DNA of 52,286 nucleotides, the filler included, from Sphacelaria rigidula (Eukaryota), in the NCBI GenBank assembly GCA_964200075.2. It is 4 parts of 4 records of this genome, joined end to end, with 100 filler letters (N's around TTAATTAATTAA, not from the genome) between each part and the next. Parts side by side here need not be neighbours in the genome. Positions count along the whole stretch, not along the records: positions 1 to 13,000 come from CAXNAA020003240.1; positions 13,101 to 26,097 come from CAXNAA020003241.1; 2 more parts are not named here. One strand, 5' to 3'. Below the pieces are notes generated by a model. The model ran no database searches, had not been told where the DNA came from, and saw nothing but the letters and a program-made list of their open reading frames with translations. Shown piece after piece: positions 1 through 13,141 of this stretch. Made by a program: the position numbers and the translations under genes. Position 1 is the first letter of the stretch. The number at the start of each line of letters is the position of its first letter.

Positions 1-1662
1 TAGCATGATTGAACGTTCGTTTGGTATGGGTGTGGAGGGTGGGGGGGGGGCAGCAAACGTGTTTCATTGAAACTCGGTCACATCCGTCGAACACCAAAGT
101 TTTGCGACGATTATGTCGAAACTAATTCCACTTGGTTGGATAGTTCTGAACAAACAGCAAGCATAGAGCTCTGCGAACGTGCTCGTCGAGTTTGGTGTTG
201 CCAAACACAGAGAAGAATGCTCAAATTTGTTCCGAAAATCCGGGGATAGGCCAATTTATTCCCCGAATTGCCTCTTTTCCCTCTTTGGTGCCAAAGAGTG
301 ATGCATTGTGAGGCATTGTGATGCATTGCGATGCGTAAAGGTTTGTGCCAGAGGGAAATATCTGGAACGTCCTAGCTCTAGGTGTTCCATTTTCGAAGCA
401 TTGTCGATTGTTGGTGATTAGGGGGCATCACTCAACGTGCGTCATAGTACCTTAATCGTAACGCATGAACCCCAAATTTTGGGAGATTTCTTTCAAAACG
501 TATCTCGATGGGTTAATCAAGCAGAAAAAGAAGAAATCGTTTTCGTTGAGTACGGCAAACCGTATCTCGATGTGCCGACGACGCAGAAAGAGAAAAAAAC
601 GTTTTCGTCGAGTACGGCGTTGCCAAACACAGAATTATGGGCGAAAAATGTTCCGAAAACTAGGGGGTAGGTCATTTTCATCCCCGGATTAATTTTATCC
701 TCCCTTTTTCCCTTGAAAGCGGACCGCACTAATCTCGTAAACATTTGTGCCAAAGGAGGAGGTGTGATACGTCTGAGGTCGCGAGAAATCAACTGCTGCG
801 TAAAGCGTGCCGTAAGTACCGTAATTGAAACAGAGGTGTTTTGGTCGCATTTTCACGTCAAAAGAGCCATACTCCACATCTACTCCTGCAACGTGGTTTC
901 ATTATTTTTCAATTTTGAAAAACTTGGGTGATAAAAGATTAAACTATCTTCCTCCGGATACTCTGATCGTTGCTCTACGTGTCGTCTTTCACACGAACCA
1001 GAGTTTTTCCCGTCAGGTTTCTTAAGCGTACCTTAATTGGTACATTTACCTCTAGTCCGATATTTTCTCAACTGCGAGAACGCGTTTTAGTCTCGCAGTT
1101 TTGTTTGTGTCAGTTTTCCGTCTCTTCTACATCCCAAATAATCCATAATTCTTGAGCCAAAACAAAAAAGCAAACTGCTTGTCGACAAGACGCACCACTG
1201 GTCACTGTGGGGGAAATCACTTCTCCAGAGGTGATTTTTTAAAAGTGATAATCATTTCCGATAAGACCCCGCCTTAGACCAAGGTGGGGGTAGTCCATCT
1301 ACCAGATAGATAACGCTATTATTTTCAAGTGAATATTGGTGCCGATTCAGCAGGTGCCTACCCTCGCGGCCAAAGGGTTACACACCGATATTCGGATTTT
1401 CGGCAGGGCTGACAGCCCCAACTGCCCCTCGCGTGCTCAGAACGCGTTTTCGTCAAAATCGCCAAGTGGTGAACACACCTCCCTTGTCTTCTACCCTTTT
1501 GAAACCAGAGGCAGACCCGACTGCCCTCCTGTGGTACCTGGCCTCGCTGTACTCACAGATGTAGACACCGTCTAAGCAGGTGGAAGGGCACACCCTGTTT
1601 AGCTTGCCGTATGCGCGGTTACGTGGACAGAGAAGCTGTGCGTCACAACAAGCGGGTAGTCA

Positions 1663-1862
1663 GGCCGTGTCTTATCAAATTGTTTTCAACTCGAAAACGT
1701 ACGGTAGAATCCAATTTGCTTGTACCTGATACTTGATACATTCACGGCATTCGTGTTCTCAACCATCTGAGAAAATCAGTAGCGTCGACGAATCAGAAAC
1801 GAGCGGATTCGTCGAACGATTCGACCGCACGTTTAACATTTCTATACGAGTAAGACATGGCG
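1663..1862. mobile_element. Tourist-like (PIF/Harbinger) MITE, degenerate copy
   Basis: Starts GGCCGTGTCTTATCAAATTGTTTT and ends with a degenerate TAAGACATGGCG. Flanked by TCA on both sides (1660-1662, 1863-1865). The internal sequence aligns by eye with the reverse complement of 39848-40027. Confidence 0.75.
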
Positions 1863-2079
1863 TCACTTCCCTCCACCGCACTTTGGAGTACCGTTCTCTG
1901 GTATGTTCGTGATACCGTTCTACGCGCTGGCTCTTTTTCTTCGATCTGTTTTTCTTGCACGTCTGGTGACAGGTAAAGATGTTACTGTTTGTAAAGGAGC
2001 ACAAAATCATTCGACTTCGAGGGCTTCCTTCTGTCTCCAAGCAACCGTCGCAGGCAGGTCCTCCAGAAGAATCAAGCTT

Positions 2080-5000
2080 ATGTCCTCGACGTATCCCGGC
2101 AAGGGAGAGATGGAACCTATTGCATCGACGGTTCAAGAATCGGTACGATCCCGTTGCTGCTGTACGGTGTTCTTGTTTTTCAACATAAGCTGTGACATCG
2201 TAGTTCTGTAGTGCTACCCAGTACCTCTCTCGAGCGCATGTCATACCGAAATGCGTGTTAGTTTGCTTCTGTGTTTATTGCCGGACTTCCGGACCTGATC
2301 TTTGGCAAGTTTTTCGGTGTGCCGTGCCTGCTCGGTTGCAGCTAGAGAAGTATTCATGAGCTTCCGCACGGCTAGCTGCAAGCTTGCTTGCATTACTATC
2401 GGCACGGTACAGTCAGTACGGTGTTGTACTGAAAGTATCGGTTTGTGCGCCCTGATCCTACCGCAATGTGCTAGGCTGCGCCGGCCGTATAGCCATTGCG
2501 AGCACATCGCCCGGAGCACTCATTCCGGTAGAGTTACTCGGGGGGTTGGGCTACAAGTGTTTATGGTTGAAATTACTTGAACTGAATGTGTTCAACGAAT
2601 ACCGGATCTATAATAGGGCTGACAGTCCCGTGTGCTCCTCGCGTGCGCAGAACGCGTTTTCGTTGGAATCGGCGCCACCAGCGCAGATATAAGGTCTACC
2701 AAGGCCGCACTCTGCGTAGGAAATATATGTACCGTCCTTGCCCGAGGGTTCTCGGTATGCATTGGGTTGAAGTTAGGATTTGGGGTAGCTATACATGTAA
2801 AATTGTGTCAACCATGAACATTTGTAGCCCAACGCCTCTTCTGAGACGACACGCCCGCGGCGACAACGAGTGTTGCATCTTGTACTGAACTACACCCGCT
2901 GGCATGGCGTGGTACAGGAGCAAAGTGATGTTTCCACTCTAGGAACCCGAGCACAGTACATGGTCGTGGTTTGATTCCAATATGAGGCTGGATCTAAGCG
3001 CACTGGCGGACTGACTGTACAGCACCTGTTACTGCAACCTGTAACCTGCACGTGCCACGTCGAATTTAAGCAGTGCGCGGGTCCACCAACACGACGTCTG
3101 CTTTCGCTGCACTCGAGGTTTGCGATCATATACGAACGCCGATATCAATCCCATTCACGATGTGCCATGGGTTGCTGCAGCCGGGCAAGTTCTGGACGAG
3201 TTTCCCTCTTCTCGTGATTTTCAAAAGAACAACACATTTCTTACAGTGACTGCGGGTTGGTTTTATGTTACTGGGAAAATTTGGAACAAATTTCCTGATC
3301 CTCTCACATGACTAAAATGATACAATACACAACATACATTTTTTTCTTTCCAGAATCGTCGCGGACCCTTGGTATTGTTTTCTGTTTTCTGTTTTCTGTG
3401 CTTGAGTCTGCGGACTGTTCCGTTCTGTTCTCCTGACCGAGCGCGATGCCATGAGGGACGCACTCGTGCTTCGTACTTTCCCTTCCTCTCCCTAGCGATC
3501 GGAGTGCACAGCATCTGAATGAAGCACGTTGCCCATCGCATTTTTGTATCGAAGTGATACCGTTCTGGGCCGGCCAGCTGTACTCGTCCTCATAGCGTTT
3601 AAGGTAGGAGCTCGAGTCTTGATCTACAGGTTGGTGCAGGGTGAACATCCAAACATGTATTCCCCACTAGATGCAGAACGCAAAACTGACCCTGATCCGT
3701 GACTCCCACGAGCAAACGAACAGTTTGACATGGCCAGATTTTTCTTGCGTCTCGCTAATCAATTTGTACCCAATCTCGTCATGCATCAAACCTTAGTAAC
3801 CGCTATCGCCTGGGCAATACTGTATAACGCAAAAGAGCAGATTTGTGAACGGTTTGCATGGGATCGAGTTATACCCCAAACGTGGTGTCTCGGTTTTGTG
3901 GGGTTTTGGGTTCGTGGGATTTCCACTAATGATATGCACCCAAGGCCCAGGAGGCATTTTGACGTTTTCCCTTGTAACTTCCATAGAAAAGCTGCGATCA
4001 TCCTCAAACTTGGTAGTTTTGTGGATATGGGTTCCTCGAACAGGAGAAAACGTTGGAAATACCTCAAGGATTATCCGCTCTCTACCAGCTTCCGGGGGTC
4101 CCAGCGTGAAAACCCCTGTATGTCGCTTTGGGTTGCTTCAAAATTATGCCGTCAAGTTTGATTCGTCTTCGGTAGTCTAGGGAGCGTTTGTGCAAAGTTT
4201 CGTTGCGTAACTTGAAAAGCTGATCCCAAACGGTCGATCTAAGCTCAAGTGCACAAGGAAAACCTCGGTAGCTCACTATAATCAAGTAATTAGGATGATC
4301 GCGCGTACATTTGTATACTCCAACCCACAAACGACCAATTGCCCACACCGTTTGTTGGGGTTAGGCCCTGAAATTTCGAATGCGGGTACTTGAGGATATT
4401 CCGAAGGTATTCGTGAATGGGGCCTTGGGGTTTTATTCATCCGCCAGATATCCGGGATCACCCCCTGCCCAGCTGTTGGGCAGAGATATTCAGAAGATCT
4501 TAGGGAATGGGGTCTTCCGATTTTTTTATTCGCCAGATCCGGGCCCACCCCTGGGTGTTTAGAACGTCTTTGTGAACGGTGTCTTCCGATTTTTTCTATC
4601 CGCCAGATATTCGGGATCACCCAGCTGCAAGAAGAGGCGTGAGTAATCGCTGGGGAGTACATTCTGGTTCATCATGAGCAAGCCTGTATGTGAGCTCAGC
4701 TCTGATATGACCAATACACGTCAGCGCTTATTGCCAGGCCACTCATGCCCACCTATACCCTCGATGACTTCCTGTCCTTTGTCTGCAGTACGGCGAGAGG
4801 ATGCCACTGGCCATGCCTTCGAGCTACATCATTAGGGGGCAGCCTCGAGAGGCACAGGCCACGGTGAGTACTGTCATTACACTACTGTCGGTGGAAGTCG
4901 GTGGGACACCCACGGGGCGCGGTATCGAGTGTGGTTGACCTTCAATGGTCGGTGTATACTTTTGTACACTGCTCGAGGGTGGGCCTTATTTCAACTCGGG

Positions 5001-8000
5001 CTGCTTCATATGGTAATAACCTTAAGGATGCCTCGGCACACCTCGAGGCGCCGATTCGAGGTCTACAACGAGTCTATGCACCCCGAGGAAGCACTTGGGA
5101 CAGCCTGTCCCACTAAAGACCGAATCTCTGCGTTTGTTTATAGCTCGATAATTATGGATTTTTCAAGACGCAACCAAGACTTGAAAAAATCGTAGACCAC
5201 AACCTGATAACCGAGACAAGTCAAGAACAAAAAACAAGACAAGAGAAAAACAGACTGATTCTGCCCAGCAGCGACCTCGTGGCAGTGGGTACGCTAGCTA
5301 TCGGGCGAACCCGTGACTTTCTGTTCTTGGTTGTTGGCCCGCCCCCTTTTCTTCGAGGCTGGTCAACACTTTCCCCCCCCCATAAAAAGGGGGAGACTTT
5401 TCCACAGAGGACGCAGAAAAAACAAAAGAAACAAACACACACACCCAACGAAATAAAAAACGAGAAACAAAGACAAACAAGGAAAATAATATGAATCATC
5501 CGTTCTGCCCTGGTTCCACTTTCTCTCGAGTAACGACGCGGCGGGCGGGCGAAATGATTCGGACACGTTCGAGTACCACCACATGTACTGTACTTGACTG
5601 TCTTGCACACACGAATTCTCGTTGCCTCAGTCAGAGCACTGGCCAGCGTGGAGTGCTTTTAAGCTTGGGAACTGAACACGACTGGCAGTGGTGGGGTTGC
5701 GCTTTTGCTCTCTCAAAGTGACCTCTACCATCCTGTTGTGTCGTTATCCGCCACCCCATGATCCTGATCCTATAATTCGTCATCCGCCAACACAAATCTC
5801 AGATTCTTTCGGAATCCTACCATTCACATCAATATCGATTGGGATCAATCATGGATAGAATGGCCCCGGCTTGGAATGAGTTCTACGCTCCGAATCGGTT
5901 TTGTAATCCGCCTGTAATGATCCCAACGCCGTTCTCAGGCCTTGCGTTATCAAATTATTTTTTCCATCAAAATATTAATGCCGCGTTTTACGGCAAACGA
6001 AAGTAAAATCTGGAAAACTGCCGTTTTTGGAGTTTCTGCTTCGTTTCACGCCCTGCAAGAGAGCTAAGCAGATTTGACACCTTGGAATGCCTTCCTGGGA
6101 AAAAAATCGACTTGATCGATCTCCGAGAAAAATACAAGTCTTGTCAAGGAAAACACTGTGGCTACCGGAAAACACTGTGGCTACCGGAAAAACACACAGG
6201 TGTACTGGACGCGTCTCAACGAATACAGCAAGGCATTTCCAAGGTGTCACACTCGCCTTGCTTTCTCCTGGCGCGAAAACGACTCATAAGCTCGAGAAAT
6301 ACCGTTTTCTAGATTTTATTCTCGTTTGCCACGAGGGGCGACCTTGGATCATTTCATGATTTCCTATCCTATTTTCCGTATCTTGAAAAATACGATGAGA
6401 AAATACAAGAAGGCCTACTTCATGCCGCTCCTTATTGCAGACAAGAATAGAAATTTGGAAAAGTGTGTTTTAGGATCTTTTACTTCGTCTTTCGCCCCAG
6501 GGGAGAGCTAGGCGGGTTCTGACACCTTCGAATACCTTGCTGTACGCGTTGAGACGCTTCCAGCACACCTGCGCATTTTTCCGGTGGCCGCAGGTTTTTT
6601 CTCACACAATATTGTTTTTTCCTCAGAGACTGGCCATTTTTCTCGGAGACCGATCAAGTTCAGAAAAAAGTCCGATATTCGTCTGGACTTGACCGGTCTC
6701 CGAGAAAATATTCCGTCTTGGAAAAATGCATCTTCGGACAAGAAAAAAACACGGCCATCGGAAAACGCACAGGTCTGCTGAAACCGTCTCAACGAGTACA
6801 GCAAGGCATTCCAAGGTGTCAAAATCCGCTTAGCTCTCATTTAGGGAGTGGAACGACACAAGAGCTCCTGAAATACACTTTTCCAGATTTTTGCATTAGA
6901 GCTCCTGAACTGCGAGTCGCTCAACACACCACGGCGCTGCGAGCCTGGTCCGGCGAAAACCTGGCGTGCTCCGTCCCTGCTTTGTACGAATGGGAGGTCA
7001 ATGGTCTTATGGCTATGGCATGCATGATCAGATCGTCATAAGATGAATGCCAGTTTTTTTCAGATTTCACCTCCGTCCTGTTGTGTTGAGTAGGGGTGTG
7101 TGCGGGACAAGACAGAAGAGCTGAGGTACAGATGGGTGATTTCCGATGTTCTTTTACGGGGCAGTTTTTGTTTGGGCTCGTTGCCCAGATAAAAAATTGT
7201 GGGGAAGTTTTGCCCTGGATCGTCTATTTTTCGTCTCGTAGCTCATGCGCAACCACGTGTAATGTGCTTGTTTCGACTCTGAAGCTCGCTGTTCTAAGAG
7301 GTACACCAAGCACAAACAGCGCCACAATCCCATGCTCGTGGGGTGGAAAAGACCCCATACTTGCTTACGGATGGTTTGGATGCTTCACTCAATGTTGTAT
7401 TCGGCAGATCGAATAACGGCACTTCGCTCAGTGGATCGAAGTTCAGAATCGATGCGCGTGCTTGTGGATGTGTGGATGTAATACACTATGATATACGGGC
7501 TGACACAGGGGTCACAAATGTGCATCCAGTGAACATCTTGGCGACCATGCAACCGTGGACCCAGACAGGCAAGACCCTTGTCGGGCTGCTGTCGTTTCAA
7601 CGTCGCCATTTCGACAATAGTGCTTTGTATATATATATATATTTAATTTCGGTACCACATTGAAATTTCTTGAAACATCCAGATTCGGACGCACTTTGTT
7701 CGCGGTTGAGGGCGAGACGCCTATCATGCCACCCTGCTTTTTGTTGGCATCAATTTTTCTGATGGAAATTGTAATGGTGAACAAGTGTTTAGCTCCATGG
7801 GCGTTTTCGTTGATAGTGCACTACATGACAGTGTTTTGCGTACGTCAGCACGAGGCCGATAAAACTTTAGGGGTCGCTCGCTCAAGACCGCGTTGCGATA
7901 GCTACAACCGTACGATGAAGTCGAAAGTTGTATCAAGGCTGAATTCCCTCATCGCGTCACAGTATGTTCCATCGTCGAAATAACCCCCGACCACAACCTT

Positions 8001-10919
8001 CCACGGGTGAATTCGCAACATACATCCTAAGATGTGTTGACATGTTTTCGGCACTACCGCAACTGTGGTACATCCACGGACGAAGCTTGCCACCCCGCCA
8101 ACCCACGCTAGCCGGATACCTCGAACTTGGTCAATCTCTGATCCCAACTCTAGCGTCCGACAGGTAAAGCGCATTCGTCATTTCAAGGTGGCATGGCGTC
8201 CTTGGTTGCTTCCAACGATTTATCCCTATGATGAAGCAAGCCCTCGTTGCGATCAGGGACGAGCGTCACAAATGCCTCCAGTTCGTGCAGAAATAATCTC
8301 AAGATTGTGTTTCCCATGGGAACATGTTGAGTCCCGTGTGAATTCGTTTTTACCAGCGTAAAGTTGGGATATCGCGAGTCATGACTGCAGTTTGAAAAAT
8401 GTGACACTTGATTTAGTTACCACTGGCTGTTTTCGTGAAAAATGTGACGTCGACGTGCGGGGCTACACTCGCAACACCCACTGGTACCGTCGCTTTACAA
8501 ATATCATGAAGCATCGATGAAGGCTAGGCCAATGTTTATGGTGTATGTAGCCAAATATGCCATTTTCTTGCCTTCGACTGCACCTTTCGCAGGGGGCCCT
8601 CGCCAGCAGAGTGGAGGCATTCGGGGCTTCGCCGAAATTCATCGATGTCGAACGCTGAAAGTTTCGATTTCGTATCGAAGTGATGAGTGGTCCGATATCC
8701 AACTCCAAAGTCTTGTCTTTTGTGGTTTTTATTCTCCCTCCATCGAAAAATTGGGTGCCCATATCCATTTCAGAACGGTGGCACTCATCCTTAGTGCTTC
8801 CAAGTGAAAAGCGCCCGGCACCCGCCTGTCACGTACATCGACGAGGGCGCTTGTGTGAAATCGATTTGTGGGAGCGCGGGGATCATGTTCATCCATGGCT
8901 GTACTATATGCTCGAACGCGTTTTTATCGAATCGCTGCGAAATCGTCCGCATTTGTGTCGTTGCATGCCTAGAAGCGTGACGTGGGCACCCGAATTCCGA
9001 TTGACACGATTTGTTTTTTCGTCATGCCTTGAACTTGAAACCCCGCCACCTGTTGAGGGTTGGCGTCGGCTGGAAAACGACACTGTAGAACACGCCACTC
9101 ACTGCGCACGCTGGGGAACCAGTTTTGTTTTCGCTTCCGCTTTTGTTTGTGGTAACCATGATGGTGGTCGTCCTGGATCATTTTGTGCGAGGTGGAGAAC
9201 CCGAACTATGCGCAAATGGGACGATATAGTGAGGCACCCATGAGGCAGTGTGTAACCCGTGATTGTTTCTGGAAGTGGCTCTACCAGGAAATCAAGGGTC
9301 TCATTGTAGCCTGTCGTCCATATGCAAGATAATCAGCACGCTTCGGGCCGAACAATCTCAGCAGGATGCAGCTCACCCTTTATGCGACTCGCAGAGCACT
9401 TACCGGTGCTTCGCGCTTGATGACTTATGACCTGGTCCGGCGAAAACCCGGCGTGCTCCATCCCGACTTTGTAGGATACGAGGTCAACAGTCAGATGATT
9501 ACGGCGTGCACAATCATGAGTATACCCCCCCACACACGCAAACACCTCCTGAGGACGAGTCCATCGTCTCGAAATATCCACCTATCTCTTCCTCTGTACA
9601 CTTCGTTTTGCGGATCGGCTCGTCACCCCCGCACCACATCGATCTTCGCCATACTGTCTTTGCTGCTCACGCCATCACGCTTCCACCGCGGAAATCGGGG
9701 ATCAGATACAAGTTCTTCTGGAGGAGAAAGGATATGTAATATTGTACCTGATCGGCTTCGACATCTCGACCCCGCGCTCCCCAACTTTAGAAAATACAGG
9801 ACCAATCGCATATCTGGGCGTGAGTCATCGCCAAAGCCCATGAATAGCTGCTTTTCGAACATGAATGGCCACAGTATGAAACAAGATGCCCTAGCTTACA
9901 GAGCAACTGCCCCAACAAAGAGTATATTCCGAATATGTGGTGCGATGTAAGCTAATGAGCCCCCGCCTCCTGTATTTTCCCCGCTTCTTGTGTAAGCCGC
10001 TCATGGCCCCGCCTGGAGCGCCCACGACGGGCATGTACGTGGAGGACAGGTACTGCGGTCTCATTAGTTGGATTGTTGCTACCGTGGGCGGGTTCCCGTG
10101 CGCCTGCTTCTGCCCTTGCGACCGCCGAACTGTGTGGATTGCGGGAGACGTGAAGGTGGGGGTCACATCGGCAACACTCTTTTGGGGGAAACGGCTGAGA
10201 AAATAGGTTGTATCTTGTCTCTATTGGGCCGGAGGAAAGATGCTCGGAGATTAGCACACATATCCGGTACAACCCGGATGTTTCAATGGGCAAAAGGGCA
10301 GCTCTCGAGGCATGCGTTGGAAAATGTCAACTATGAGCCATTAGACGAGTTTTACAGGGCCCACGTGACAATATTTTGCTTACCCCCCCAGCGTCTCGTC
10401 CCCCCAGCGTCTCGTTGACTTACGGCATCTACCCGCACTGGACCGGGGAGAAACACAAAATTCGTTAAGCTTGACACAACGCGATGGACGTGCGGCCAGT
10501 TAGGCGTGGTTAAATTGCGACCACCCTAGGGTCACGGTTTGTTTCATCACCCTGTGGGGTTTCTTCTGTATTCGTTGTCCTTACCTCAGCCTTCTGCAGT
10601 CACTCACTGTACGTCGACCCCGCTGACTACAGCAAGTCTGGTGTCGTTGAAAGGTGTTACTCGTTGGGAATTTTCCCGGAATAATGGGATGTACTCGAAC
10701 TGGAAGATCATCTCTCAACAAAAGTATTCAATCTGCTCAAACGTCACCCCCTGCGTTTTTGTGGCTGCGATGCCGCTTCTTTCTCTCTGCCGTTCTGTAC
10801 TGTTCTGTCGACCCTCGAAACCTGACTCACTGTTGCTGCAGTACAACGAGAAGGGCGCCATCGTGGATGACCACATCTTCCTCAACCCCTTCCCGCAGGG
10901 CAGCTTGTGCCACAGATGA
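2080..10919 (+). CDS. Spliced gene for a ~124-aa Pro-rich/Cys-rich putative membrane protein (CYSTM/BRI3-like architecture)
   Basis: Exons 2080-2142 (MSSTYPGKGEMEPIASTVQES), 4789-4863 (YGERMPLAMPSSYIIRGQPREAQAT), 9997-10155 (PLMAPPGAPTTGMYVEDRYCGLISWIVATVGGFPCACFCPCDRRTVWIAGDVK) and 10842-10919 (YNEKGAIVDDHIFLNPFPQGSLCHR*). All introns are GT-AG, phase 0, with pyrimidine-rich acceptors. The last two exons are best supported; the first two are tentative. Confidence 0.6.
4392..4623. repeat. Degenerate tandem repeat, 3 units of ~70-90 bp
   Basis: A motif close to GAATGGGGTCTTCCGATTTTT...CCGCCAGATATCCGGGATCACCC recurs in units starting near 4392, 4483 and 4553. Confidence 0.65.
6005..6891. mobile_element. 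Two adjacent foldback (long inverted repeat) MITE-like elements
   Basis: 6450-6891 is a long imperfect hairpin centred near 6673. Outer arms: AAATTTGGAAAAGTGTG / TACACTTTTCCAGATTTT. Inner arms: TTTCTCGGAGACCGATCAAGTTCAGA / TCTGGACTTGACCGGTCTCCGAGAAA. 6005-6317 is a related, internally deleted copy. Confidence 0.7.
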
Positions 10920-12895
10920 ACTGGACGAGAGCCATGGCGTTAACGCATGCACGTTTACAAAAATGGATATATCACGGACTAATGCGACCAGATGGTTGTG
11001 TCGATGTATTTTACACCTGAGGAGCACAGGAAGCCCGCGCGCTGGAATTTAACGTTGGAACACGTTCTGCCTGCGATGGTCGTACTCTGGCGGTTTTCAC
11101 TCTTGATTTGTGTGTGTGTGTGTTTTTTTTTGGGGTTCCATTTGAGTACCGTAGGTTTTTGATTTGATCAGGCTTCGACGGCCCCGGTCCATCGCGACCC
11201 CCATGTGTAGCATATACGTGAGCGTGGAATCATGCAATATTGCATTTCGAGCTCCCCCGCCACGCGCACACCTCCTGTGCACTGTACAGTGTTTTCCGTA
11301 TGCTAAACTCCGTGAAAACCTGCGAGTATTCTTTTGGTGTATCCTTATTTTGTATTGGCGTATCGGATGGTACGTTGTGATGGGCACTCTGTGTAAGTCG
11401 TAGGTAGCCTTGCTTTGTTGTGGGTGAGGTGCGTACCGATTCAGTGTTTCATTTGTCTGATCTCATTGCTTGGTTGGCTTGAAGGCATGTATTTATATAT
11501 GAGTTCGACTGTATGTAGTAGGTGGTTTCACCCTCGAAGTCGCCCCATGACTGCAAACCATCCCGTGGCCAGTGACGATGTTCAGGAGGTGACATTTTGT
11601 TGCTTTTTTACCGGAATGTGTTGTGAACATTTCAGTGAAGCGACATCCATTCTTAAGAGTGGTTGTCATGGCAAATGAATAAAGACCGGATCTTCGGCCC
11701 AAGAAGTATGGCGTGTCGAGCAAGATTATGCGATTTCGACGTTTTTGTGTTCGCGACCCCATAAAGACAGTACTCGTGAGGATTGTTGGAAACTCGCCCC
11801 AGGAACGAAGCTGTGGTAAAAGTGTGGACATTGGAAATGCCAAGTTTTTAGGCGATCGTTGTTTGCCAACGTCCTCGTACTTCCACGGTATACGGTCAAA
11901 AGTGTTGGCGACACAAATGTATACGAGCCGGGCCAGCCTGGAAGCAAGTCTGTCGGTTGCGGAGGGATAATCACAAGGGCATAGCAAAAATGGTATGTTG
12001 CGCCCTTCGTTCTTGATCGATTGATTGATGATTGTCGCACTTTAACTGACCACCCATGGGTCCAGCCGTGGTCGCATCATAGACGCAACCAAAAAAGCAA
12101 AACTGAAACACTCGCTGAAAAAAAGAAAGGACAGAAAAAGTCGAACGGAACGACCCAGCAGACTAAGACGTTGACTTCATGCCCTAGCGATTCTCCATAC
12201 TAAATTCGAGAGTGCAATCCTCCTATCTGGGGGGAGAATTCTAGATTTATAGCCGGTGCCGGTCGACAATCGGACTGCCGGTGCCGGTCGACAATCGGAC
12301 TGCATGTCGTAGGCCATTTCGCAGCTCACCTTCGTTACTTTTCCTTTGAAATGCTTGTGTGGAGAATCGCAAGGGCATGATGACGGGGGGGAAATGTGAG
12401 ATGATTTTTTACTTCTCCCGTGAGTTGAGGACGTTTCGTGGTAAACAAGATAATACGTTCACAACAAAATATTGCGGAAAAAATGAACAAAATGGAGGCC
12501 CGACTTTGTTTCGCTTCCAGGATGCACTTGCGTTTCTCCGCATCAAATTCCAGTTTCACAAAGTGAAGTCGGTTTCTGCTGCGGGTAAAAATTCGACAAA
12601 CTAATTTTTTGCGACTCCGTTCTCGCGTCAGGATTCTTGCGATCGGACTCTTGCAATAGTTTTTTTGCTAGATTTTCCCACTCTAGAACCCCTATCGATT
12701 TCGTTTTGGGGGGGATAACTTCGTCGAAAGGACACCAAACAACAACAAATTGTGCGAATTGAGGTTTACCTCCGAGATGAGGTTCGAGCCTAAAACAGTG
12801 CTTTCCCTACACTTTCAGCGATGGTGCCCAGTGACGTTTTTGTCGGCCTAATACCCCTCGATCGCGTAGATACTTCTTCAGCGCAGTTCACCGAC

Positions 12896-13000
12896 TCTGT
12901 GAGCTTACAGCGCTGATCGAGACCGCCATTTTCCCTGATATTACCCCCCTCAAAAAGGGGGGGGGAATGATTGTTTCGGTCAGCGCTGTAAGCTCACAGA
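12896..13000. repeat. 28-bp inverted repeat (small MITE-like hairpin) at the contig end
   Basis: TCTGTGAGCTTACAGCGCTGATCGAGAC pairs with GTTTCGGTCAGCGCTGTAAGCTCACAGA, 2 mismatches. Confidence 0.75.
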
Positions 13001-13100
13001 NNNNNNNNNNNNNNNNNNNNNNNNNNNNNNNNNNNNNNNNNNNNTTAATTAATTAANNNNNNNNNNNNNNNNNNNNNNNNNNNNNNNNNNNNNNNNNNNN
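13001..13100. other. Artificial contig linker (N44-TTAATTAATTAA-N44)
   Basis: 100-bp N run with a six-frame stop cassette at 13045-13056; identical to the other two linkers. Confidence 0.97.
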
Positions 13101-13101
13101 G

Positions 13102-13141
<40 letters not shown>

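Noticed and set aside
7343..9950. Several 70-190-aa ORFs in contig 1
   Set aside because: No recognisable domains or consistent splice pattern; they fall inside a predicted repeat-rich intron.
12252..12303. 25-bp tandem duplication GCCGGTGCCGGTCGACAATCGGACT, plus (TG)n microsatellites and homopolymer runs elsewhere
   Set aside because: Ordinary slippage products with no sign of function.
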